Below are positions 26,235 through 33,101 of a stretch of DNA of 33,101 bases, piece by piece. Both the position numbers and the translations under genes were made by a program. Under the pieces are notes generated by a model. It searched no databases. It was not told where the DNA came from and was given only the letters and a program-made list of their open reading frames with translations. This DNA comes from a virus (taxonomy: Duplodnaviria; Caudoviricetes), in IMG/VR virus record IMGVR_UViG_3300025889_000505, positions 1 to 33,101 of that record. One strand, given 5' to 3'. Every line of letters starts with the position of its first letter. Positions within the stretch are counted from its first letter, which is position 1.

Positions 26235-26426
26235 ATGTCAACCGAATCCATTATTAGAAAATATTATGATCCAAAAGAAGGCGAAGTGTTTTATTTGTAT
26301 AGAACATTTAGTGGTAATATAATTGCCATGAAATCTAAAGTACAAATGAAAGAGTATATTGGTTCTTATGTTTGGCCATCAAAACAAATGGCAGCAGAAA
26401 CAGAACCAGTTATACAACATCAATAG
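26235..26426 (+). CDS. small hypothetical protein, the only plausible plus-strand gene
   Basis: Fills a gap between minus-strand genes; GAGAAGGG upstream; TATAAATC at 26204-26211. Confidence 0.5.
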   Translation: MSTESIIRKYYDPKEGEVFYLYRTFSGNIIAMKSKVQMKEYIGSYVWPSKQMAAETEPVIQHQ

Positions 26427-26676
26427 GATAACCTTCGTACCATTTGATTAAAGTGTTAACTCGAAACGAGCGCCATGCTTGTTTGTCCATTGCCCATACA
26501 ACTAAGTGTTCGTTGTCTTCTCTTTGTTCTAGGATTTCTGGAACATTGTGATCAGAGAGTTCTCGGTTCAACGTGCAAGGCATAACTCGCACCTCACCAG
26601 TGTCAATCTTGGTGAACTCTACAGTAACAACACCTTCTAGTGCTGCTTTAGTAAACCCTTTAATGCTAGTATGCAT
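26410..26676 (-). CDS. WYL-like SH3 beta-barrel protein (DUF2693-like)
   Basis: VVTVEFTKIDTGEVRVMPCTL...VWAMDKQAWRSFR. Confidence 0.8.
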   Translation of the reverse strand: MHTSIKGFTKAALEGVVTVEFTKIDTGEVRVMPCTLNRELSDHNVPEILEQREDNEHLVVWAMDKQAWRSFRVNTLIKWYEGYPIDVV

Positions 26677-26677
26677 T

Positions 26678-26884
26678 TTATTCTTCCTTCAATTGAAGAT
26701 ATACTTCTTCTAAAATATCTGTTAATCGTTTGTCGTTTTCTTCGCAATGCGTTACAAGAGAGAGCACAGCATCATAGAGATTGCCATACTCTCCCTTGGT
26801 TTTTTGTTTACGCACTAGAATTTGGATGCGAGAGAACATAACATCTGCACATCCTCTCGCTTCTCCGTTCCACTTGTCGTTCAC
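26678..26884 (-). CDS. hypothetical protein
   Basis: GTGA overlap with the peroxiredoxin stop. Confidence 0.6.
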   Translation of the reverse strand: MNDKWNGEARGCADVMFSRIQILVRKQKTKGEYGNLYDAVLSLVTHCEENDKRLTDILEEVYLQLKEE

Positions 26885-27441
26885 GCAGCATCTTCTCGTT
26901 TAGTATTTGCTAAACAATATCCCAAAACATTTTCGGGAGAAGAAATTTCATAAGGATCTTGATCAAGATTATCCTTCATCCCTGGTTCAGGAAATACTGA
27001 TTCTACGACACCATCATCGACAACAAGAGCATAGCGCCATGAACGAACACCAAACCCAACGTTGTCTTTCTTGACCAATGCTCCGACTGCTTCTGTAAAA
27101 GTTCCTGATCCATCTGGGATTACCTCCACGTTCTCTAGGTTTTGTGCTTTTGCCCATGCGTTCATAACAAACGAATCATTAACAGACATACAGTAGATAG
27201 CATCAATGCCTGTGTTTACAAACTGTTCATACTTACGTTCAAATCCTGGAAGTTGGTACGTTGAACAAGTAGGAGTGAAAGCTCCTGGTAAACTAAACAA
27301 GATAACTCGCTTACCTGCAAAATAATCTGCAGTTGTTTTCTCTTCCCACTTGTATGGGTTTGGTGATTTGCCTTCCAACTCCGGATCGCGGACTCTAACA
27401 TGGAATGTTACGTCGGGAAGTTTTTGCCCTTTTCTAATCAT
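26881..27441 (-). CDS. peroxiredoxin (Prx5-like)
   Basis: LFSLPGAFTPTCS, SVNDSFVMNAW, IPDGSG, GFGVRSWRYA. Confidence 0.95.
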   Translation of the reverse strand: MIRKGQKLPDVTFHVRVRDPELEGKSPNPYKWEEKTTADYFAGKRVILFSLPGAFTPTCSTYQLPGFERKYEQFVNTGIDAIYCMSVNDSFVMNAWAKAQNLENVEVIPDGSGTFTEAVGALVKKDNVGFGVRSWRYALVVDDGVVESVFPEPGMKDNLDQDPYEISSPENVLGYCLANTKREDAA

Positions 27442-27653
27442 ATTGTTCTCCTATTAACAAATTCTGCAACAAAATATTTTCTTATAACAGCGGTAACAAA
27501 AAATGCAGCAGTTAGAAACGGTGCTGCTTCTAATGCTGACATATTTAATTCATATGCTATTGATAAGAATACAAAGTTTAAACATAAATTGATAGGTGTT
27601 GCTGCTAATGTATCTAACAAAGAAAATTTAAATGATTGCCTATTAAATTTCAT
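27438..27653 (-). CDS. small two-TM membrane protein
   Basis: Two hydrophobic helices, IRKYFV C-terminus. Confidence 0.65.
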   Translation of the reverse strand: MKFNRQSFKFSLLDTLAATPINLCLNFVFLSIAYELNMSALEAAPFLTAAFFVTAVIRKYFVAEFVNRRTI

Positions 27654-28485
27654 AGTTCGTTAACAGTAACTCCTTTCTATTGGACTCATCTTTACGGTAC
27701 ATTTTACCTGAATGCATTGTATATGTCAAGTCCCATTCTTTTTGATGCCAAACATCAAAGAGTCCTCTAATCTCAGGACTAGAGTTATAAGTAATCATCA
27801 CATTTCCTTTGCAATTAAATGCATCTTCAGCAAATTGCTCGTGATTAAATCCGAGGTGATGACTACCTTTCTTGCCATATAATCCTGACTTAATATCATA
27901 AGGAGGATCAGCAAAAACAAATTCGTCTTCTCTACAATCTACTAAGACTGTTTTGTAATCTAGATTAGTGATCAACCAATTTTTAATCAAATCAGAATAT
28001 TGCGGAAGTCTCTCGATATTACTTCTGGAAAAGTTAGATTGACTGGCAGCTGCAGAAAACCCTGAAGACTCCCCAAGACCAGAAAAACTGCACTTATTAC
28101 AAATGAAGAAACGAACAGCAGTCCCAAAAGGATCAAGAGGTTTACCGAGTGCTTCTCTACTTTCAAGAAAAAGTTCTCGATGCGATTGAGTAACATCTTC
28201 ATATGTTTCTGCCTTTAGTTTGTAATTTAAGACAGCATTATATAGTGCTTCTCCGTTTTTCTGAAGTTGTGACCAGAAGCAAAAGAGATTTTTGTAGATA
28301 TCGTTAACCCAAATCTGAGTATCCGGATATCGTTTAGTGAACTCAATTGCTACTGATCCGCCACCTAAGAATGGTTCACGATATGCTGATATATTATCAG
28401 GCAGATGATCAAAAATAAATTTTGTTGCTCTAGATTTTCCACCTGGATATCTTAGTGGAGTCTTTAGAGATTTTAAACTACCCAT
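27643..28485 (-). CDS. dam: DNA adenine methyltransferase (D12/Dam class)
   Basis: LRYPGGKS, EPFLGGGS, ND, DPPY, ELLLTNY; start could alternatively be 28518. Confidence 0.9.
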   Translation of the reverse strand: MGSLKSLKTPLRYPGGKSRATKFIFDHLPDNISAYREPFLGGGSVAIEFTKRYPDTQIWVNDIYKNLFCFWSQLQKNGEALYNAVLNYKLKAETYEDVTQSHRELFLESREALGKPLDPFGTAVRFFICNKCSFSGLGESSGFSAAASQSNFSRSNIERLPQYSDLIKNWLITNLDYKTVLVDCREDEFVFADPPYDIKSGLYGKKGSHHLGFNHEQFAEDAFNCKGNVMITYNSSPEIRGLFDVWHQKEWDLTYTMHSGKMYRKDESNRKELLLTNYEI

Positions 28486-28873
28486 TTGCTTCGCCGATAT
28501 ATTTTTTTCTGTTTGCATCCCATTCTTCTGGAGTTACATTATCAATTGAAGTCCAACCGCTTGGTTCCCAATTGTGATGTCCAGGAGCAACAGGATATGT
28601 CTCAACATTTTCTTGATCGTGGATATGTAATTGAATCAATGCATAATGCAAGATCTTCATCACATCCTTACGCCACTCATCAGGATTGCCTTTGCGCCCA
28701 TATCTCTTTGCGTATTTGATGACGTTTCCAAGGCAAAACCCAGTACCATGACCACTATCAATAATGATATCAGTCGCTTGGTACTTATCCGTTGCATAAT
28801 GTTGGTCGTATGTTTGATCGACATATCGCTTAAACTCCTCTATGAGTTTGTCTTCATTAAATTTATAGTTCAT
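28478..28873 (-). CDS. DUF3310 family protein (T7 gp1.7 nucleotide-kinase-like)
   Basis: HY...DII...GFCLGNVIKYAKRYGRKG...DVMKILHY. Confidence 0.85.
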   Translation of the reverse strand: MNYKFNEDKLIEEFKRYVDQTYDQHYATDKYQATDIIIDSGHGTGFCLGNVIKYAKRYGRKGNPDEWRKDVMKILHYALIQLHIHDQENVETYPVAPGHHNWEPSGWTSIDNVTPEEWDANRKKYIGEANG

Positions 28874-29036
28874 TAATCTTCAATCCTTCAGGCGTTAGAG
28901 TTATTATACCTAAACTCGTTTCCAATTTATACCCCCAAAAATCATAGATCTTAACTTCCGGCATATTTTCAATGATGAAGTCCCTGACTTGCGTCAGGGA
29001 ACTCCAGTTTTTTTTATCTAGCAATTGATCTTTCAA
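28863..29036 (-). CDS. small hypothetical protein (57 aa, below the ORF-track cutoff)
   Basis: TTG start overlapping the upstream TGA, AAGGA RBS; MKDQLLDKKNWSSLTQVRDFIIENMPEVKIYDFWGYKLETSLGIITLTPEGLKINEL. Confidence 0.6.
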   Translation of the reverse strand: MKDQLLDKKNWSSLTQVRDFIIENMPEVKIYDFWGYKLETSLGIITLTPEGLKINEL

Positions 29037-30388
29037 GATGCCAACTTTCCTTGTGCTTGTAGCATGAACTTGTACTCTGCAAGAGTCATCGTTCCCATGT
29101 CTCTATTGTGACATGCTCGAACCATAGCACCTTCGTTAAAGGAGGTTTCGCCTCCCTTCGACCAAGGAGTATCATGAGCATAAACTGCGTCAGAGTACAA
29201 GAGAGGCAGACCATCAATAGCACATACGCCACCACTCACATACAGTTTTTCTTCACGCTGATTAGCAGTCAAAGATCTCTGAGGATGGAGTCGAATGATT
29301 CCAAGTTCTGCATCCCCAATGACCTCGCGGAAGAGCATAGCAACATGTTTCTGAGCAGCAGAGTTAGACCAGTTCTTGATATTTTTTCGTACAAAAGGTT
29401 TAACGAACTCACGAACCTTTTCAAAGGTGGTTGTTTCTTCTTCGTAGGTAGTATCATTTGTACCAGTCAACATGCTGTAAGCATGCATAAACCGACCGAA
29501 GAACTCATTTTCGTTTACGATTTTGAACGAACCTTGTTCAAGAACGTCGAAATAGAAAACCATATACGCTGAGAAGATGTCAGCATTAAACTTTCTTCCT
29601 CTGAACTTTCGGAGTGCTACGCAGGAGTCAAGAAATTTCCTAGTTCGTATGAGTGCTTTTGCAGTAATTTCCGGATCACCGTCAATTAAGTTTTCAATTT
29701 CTGTTTGACCTGCATCAACATTGCCTTTAGCAATAGATCTGATTATTGCTATCGCAACCCACTCATACCACTTCGCGCGAGGGTTGGGTAAATTACCATC
29801 AAAATGTTGACAATAAACTTCGCCAAACTTGTTGACTCCAAGTTCCCACAAGGGATGAACTTCATTTTTATACTCTTTAACATGAGATGCAATTGAGCGT
29901 ACAGTCTTAGCAGCAGAAGATTCTTCGTTTGCCATAACCATTTCCATGAAGTTGGTAGGTGTCGTGGTATTAATTGCTCGAAACACATGCGCTGCCTGAG
30001 TAGAAGAGCAAGTATAATAGGCGACAGGAATTTTAATTGAATTGAGATCAAGATCTTCAAACATTGCAAATGTTTTGCCGTTTACAGGAAACCTGCCTTC
30101 GTAGAAAGCACGAAGAGCGCGACAACGATGACCGCCATCAATCACAAGATAGTCGCATTCATAAATTGCTTTAGCAATAGGGTTGTTTCTAATGTCGCGA
30201 ATTAAAATCATACCTAATCCATGACCCTTGGTGAAGGAGTCAATGATCTTGATTGATTTTTTATAACCTGCCGAAGTAGGTCCTCTCTGAGCAATTGGAT
30301 CAGGATTCAACTTGCCAGTAATAAGAAGTTGGATCAACTCCATTGCGGTCAGTTGATCATATTCAATTTTTATAGGGGTTTGTTCCAT
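29033..30388 (-). CDS. DUF262 (ParB-like) plus C-terminal HNH protein, GmrSD-like
   Basis: AQRG, VIDGGHR, FRAIN; C-terminal CAID...AHDTPWSKGGET...CHN. Confidence 0.8.
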   Translation of the reverse strand: MEQTPIKIEYDQLTAMELIQLLITGKLNPDPIAQRGPTSAGYKKSIKIIDSFTKGHGLGMILIRDIRNNPIAKAIYECDYLVIDGGHRCRALRAFYEGRFPVNGKTFAMFEDLDLNSIKIPVAYYTCSSTQAAHVFRAINTTTPTNFMEMVMANEESSAAKTVRSIASHVKEYKNEVHPLWELGVNKFGEVYCQHFDGNLPNPRAKWYEWVAIAIIRSIAKGNVDAGQTEIENLIDGDPEITAKALIRTRKFLDSCVALRKFRGRKFNADIFSAYMVFYFDVLEQGSFKIVNENEFFGRFMHAYSMLTGTNDTTYEEETTTFEKVREFVKPFVRKNIKNWSNSAAQKHVAMLFREVIGDAELGIIRLHPQRSLTANQREEKLYVSGGVCAIDGLPLLYSDAVYAHDTPWSKGGETSFNEGAMVRACHNRDMGTMTLAEYKFMLQAQGKLAS

Positions 30389-30442
30389 TCGTTTTTCTCC
30401 GTGGATGTTTAATTTAAGTTGTCCGGATTAGGGACAAGGCAT

Positions 30443-30490
30443 ATTATACTGATTTCTTATACAAAAGAAACCAAAGGTAAGTTATTGATT
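30443..30490 (-). promoter_or_regulatory. sigma70-type early promoter with IHF-consensus site
   Basis: AATCAATAACTTA...GTTTCTTTT...AGTATAAT. Confidence 0.75.
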
Positions 30491-31297
30491 TTAAACAAGA
30501 AAATCAGCAAGGGATGATTCGACTTTTTGATATCTGCCTCCTGAGGTATCCCTAAGTCTCAGTTCAGCATTTCCAGTGGACTTTCGTATGTACATCGTAC
30601 AAAGGTCCGGAAACATTTTTGCGATCTTGTCGATAGATTCATAAACATATTCTTTAGTGCGAACAGTTTGTAACCCACCTTCTTCTTTGTAGTAGTTGCT
30701 TTTAACAGTGTAGTTGTCCAGTCTGCACAAAACACCGTTCTTTACATATTGACGCAGACTGTACTCATAGTCCTCGCCATGATTGGTCACGCGAGCAAGG
30801 TAATCATCATGCTCAACAATAACACCAAACATAGAAGCAATAACATAACAAAGTTTAGTGTAGACTCGATCCTTCATAAAATATGCATTTGATGCTGCAT
30901 ATATTCCAAACGTTTTAGCACCAACTTCTACGCATTTATTGAAACCTTGCTCAATAATTTCAGAATACAAATCATCAATCGGTACGAGAGTTTTCTCGTC
31001 TTTTCTTCGTTGCACTTCTTCGATGTCATCATCAAACATCATAAGGTAAGTGCCTTCAGGATATGACTTTTCAATATGGTTACGTTGCGCACCAATAGTT
31101 GGTACGCCAATGCTTATGTTGCGTCCATATTTATGATCGCCAAGTGCTTTATCGTACGACTCAAACTCTTCTTCATTAGCGACCCAGATAGTAACTCTTT
31201 CAGGAGGAATGTTATGTTGTTCAAAAACTTTTAAAGTTTTGTTTTGAATTGTTACTGGTCTCTTATAACTTGGTACTGCTATTTGATAATCTATCAT
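30491..31297 (-). CDS. TET-associated glycosyltransferase (TAGT/GREB1-like GT-A)
   Basis: IAVPSYKR, QRNHI, MFDDDI, GEDYEYSL, EGGL; coupled to the TET gene. Confidence 0.85.
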   Translation of the reverse strand: MIDYQIAVPSYKRPVTIQNKTLKVFEQHNIPPERVTIWVANEEEFESYDKALGDHKYGRNISIGVPTIGAQRNHIEKSYPEGTYLMMFDDDIEEVQRRKDEKTLVPIDDLYSEIIEQGFNKCVEVGAKTFGIYAASNAYFMKDRVYTKLCYVIASMFGVIVEHDDYLARVTNHGEDYEYSLRQYVKNGVLCRLDNYTVKSNYYKEEGGLQTVRTKEYVYESIDKIAKMFPDLCTMYIRKSTGNAELRLRDTSGGRYQKVESSLADFLV

Positions 31298-32607
31298 AGA
31301 AATCCTGCTAAACTTCCTGCTTCAACTTGCGGGTGGTATTGCTGTAGCATATCTTCGCCACCGTTATCTCGAAGATAATCATACCACTCATCGCTTGACC
31401 ACATACCTGCAGTCACACCATTAAATTTTGGATCGTTACGTTCTTTTCGTCTGGACTCAACAAAATTATATCTGTGACTTTCATATTCCCAACTGCCTAA
31501 TTCTAGCATTTTTTCTCGGAAATAGCAAACGAGAGAGATACGTTCCATGTCTTCAAGTTTTTGACCAGCAGGTGGTTTAATTTCAGTGTTGCCATGAATA
31601 CCTTCATGATTATTAATCAGAAGCAGGTCACCAGGTCTAACGTCAATTGCTACTCTGTATTCAGGTAGCACCAGATATCCTCCTTCCCATTCTTTTTCGT
31701 TAGCAACTACAGTTAGATTAGAGAACCCTTCAGATAGGTCACCAGCGTCCCTGTGAGCGGCAGTGCGGAAATTTTTATTCACGGTAATGGTAGTGAAAGG
31801 GGTTGATGTACCAGCAACTCGAAACCTTTCGTCCAGCAGATTTGCTTTGTTGTTTTGAGCAGAAAATCTGTTGGGCAGAAGTTCATTAAATTCACAAGAA
31901 AGTTTCTGCATAAAGGGAAAGCATTTAGAAAAGACTTCTGGATATTTTGCAGTGTAAGATGTTGCTCTACCATAAGGAATTCTTGGATAACGATCATAGA
32001 AACCAGCAATCCCAGAGTTTACCTGATTGGCATAGGATGTATCAGAAACATAAGTTTTCTTCACCAAAGCAGCATCTTTTCTTGCTTCTTCAAGAGAGGT
32101 TGACTTCCATTCTTCTAACTTCTTCTGAAAGAAATCTTCATAAGTGTATCCGGCAGATGATATTTTTTCGCGCAACCATACCATACCTCTAGCACCAGAA
32201 TCTTTATTGTTTTTATGAAATAATTCTATCTCGTCTAGTCCGCTGACACCTGTAACGCTGTTGGAAGAACCTTTAATAAAGTAATCCATAATGTCAAACT
32301 GATAGTCTGTCACCCAGTCACGATTGTTTAACTTACCTTCTTTTGGTCCAGCAGCGAGTCCGCGATTTTGAGTTGGTTGTGCTGCACCAACCAATCCTTC
32401 ATACGCACCAGACTGCTCGCTTGCAGTAAAAACATTCTTGCGAAATTTAAAAATGCAATTAGACTCATCAGCATTACCGCCAAGGGATTTGTTTACAAAA
32501 AACAAATCGGTGTCTTCATTTATAATTTGGTCGTAATGATTTTCGTCAAGAAACTTTCCTAGCAAATGTTCGCAAGTTATTTTTGACTCTCTAATTATTA
32601 CATTCAT
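31294..32607 (-). CDS. TET/JBP family 2OG-Fe(II) dioxygenase
   Basis: FTTITVNKNFRTAAHRDAGD (HxD), GGYLVLPEY, HGNT, RISLVCYFREKM. Confidence 0.85.
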   Translation of the reverse strand: MNVIIRESKITCEHLLGKFLDENHYDQIINEDTDLFFVNKSLGGNADESNCIFKFRKNVFTASEQSGAYEGLVGAAQPTQNRGLAAGPKEGKLNNRDWVTDYQFDIMDYFIKGSSNSVTGVSGLDEIELFHKNNKDSGARGMVWLREKISSAGYTYEDFFQKKLEEWKSTSLEEARKDAALVKKTYVSDTSYANQVNSGIAGFYDRYPRIPYGRATSYTAKYPEVFSKCFPFMQKLSCEFNELLPNRFSAQNNKANLLDERFRVAGTSTPFTTITVNKNFRTAAHRDAGDLSEGFSNLTVVANEKEWEGGYLVLPEYRVAIDVRPGDLLLINNHEGIHGNTEIKPPAGQKLEDMERISLVCYFREKMLELGSWEYESHRYNFVESRRKERNDPKFNGVTAGMWSSDEWYDYLRDNGGEDMLQQYHPQVEAGSLAGFL

Positions 32608-33013
32608 ATACTCTACGTCTCAAATCGCTGGTTGAAAATCTATGGTCTCTTTTGTTAAAATATATCTCAATTCCTCGGGAAGCGCAAGTAGATCGACCAG
32701 TAAAATCAGTGTCTTTATATTCTGCTCCAATAATTCGAACATCAATGTTTACCATGTTAAGCACATCAATGAGGTCGTCTTCTGTTTGATATGGAATTAT
32801 TTCATCAACATACTTAACTCCTGACAGTTGTGTGTATCTTTCAACAAGAGTTTGTACTGGTGAATTTTTTCCTGGGCGATCAATAGATGGGTCAACCTGA
32901 AGTCCGCAAATTAAATAATCACATTGTTCCTTTGCTTCGCGCAACATTGTAATGTGTCCCGCATGAAGTAGATCAAATGTGCTCGCTGTGAATCCTACAA
33001 TTTTCTTATTCAT
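32591..33013 (-). CDS. tagD: glycerol-3-phosphate cytidylyltransferase-like protein
   Basis: STFDLLHAGH (HxGH), ICGLQVD, KYVDEIIPY, RDHRFSTSDLR. Confidence 0.85.
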   Translation of the reverse strand: MNKKIVGFTASTFDLLHAGHITMLREAKEQCDYLICGLQVDPSIDRPGKNSPVQTLVERYTQLSGVKYVDEIIPYQTEDDLIDVLNMVNIDVRIIGAEYKDTDFTGRSTCASRGIEIYFNKRDHRFSTSDLRRRVYECNN

Positions 33014-33101
33014 AAAAACAATATACTCTTAAGTCTACAGAAGAACGATCTGCACGTCCAGGTTCTGGATGTTCAAATGCTGTGTGGAACGCTCGATAAT
33101 T
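33006..33101 (-). CDS. C-terminus of a CmcJ/NvfI-like 2OG-Fe(II) dioxygenase (truncated by the window edge)
   Basis: NYRAFHTAFEHPEPGRADRSSVDLRVYCFYE matches the HTAF..P....RxSx(D/E)xR family ending. Confidence 0.55.
   Translation of the reverse strand, partial: NYRAFHTAFEHPEPGRADRSSVDLRVYCFYE

Noticed and set aside
28874-29032. Apparent intergenic ncRNA or promoter (hairpin plus GGTATAAT)
   Set aside because: The region is covered by a coupled 57-aa ORF, and the TATAAT lacks the upstream box and T-rich -35 of the promoter family
17583-30490. Repeated AATCAATAACTTA motif as CRISPR repeats or att/IS ends
   Set aside because: Copies are kilobases apart and always tied to a -10 box; no spacers, cas genes, integrase or transposase
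1-33101. tRNA or rRNA genes
   Set aside because: Intergenic gaps are short and accounted for by promoters or terminators; no cloverleaf recognised by eye (tRNAscan-SE not run)

Overview
This is a 33 kb segment of a large T4-like dsDNA phage, probably marine and probably infecting a Gram-negative proteobacterium. Almost all genes are tightly packed on the minus strand, with several T4-type late promoters (TATAAATA) and a family of six sigma70-type promoters. In transcription order (right to left) the window holds: (1) a DNA-modification block (truncated CmcJ/NvfI-like dioxygenase, TagD-like cytidylyltransferase, TET/JBP dioxygenase, TET-associated glycosyltransferase, DUF262-HNH GmrSD-like nuclease, DUF3310, Dam-type methylase); (2) an auxiliary redox/oxygenase region (peroxiredoxin, three 2OG-Fe(II) oxygenases, cupin, di-heme cytochrome c peroxidase, radical SAM/SPASM, Bfd) mixed with small early genes; (3) a late region (PD-(D/E)XK-like nuclease, head-spike base plus LamG fibre, a ligase-fold DUF6267 protein, a HIGH-family nucleotidyltransferase, and basic proteins with capsid-targeting-like N-termini); (4) RmlB with two paralogous glycosyltransferase-like genes; and (5) a late operon of at least five signal-peptide proteins, including pilin-like and pilus-chaperone-like members. 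The strongest novel signals are an apparently overprinted +1-frame AT-hook protein inside DUF6267, the secreted pilin/chaperone-like operon, the TET-TAGT-TagD module, and IHF-consensus sites at fixed spacing upstream of six promoters. All family assignments come from motif recognition by eye, not database searches. No tRNA, rRNA or CRISPR array was seen.
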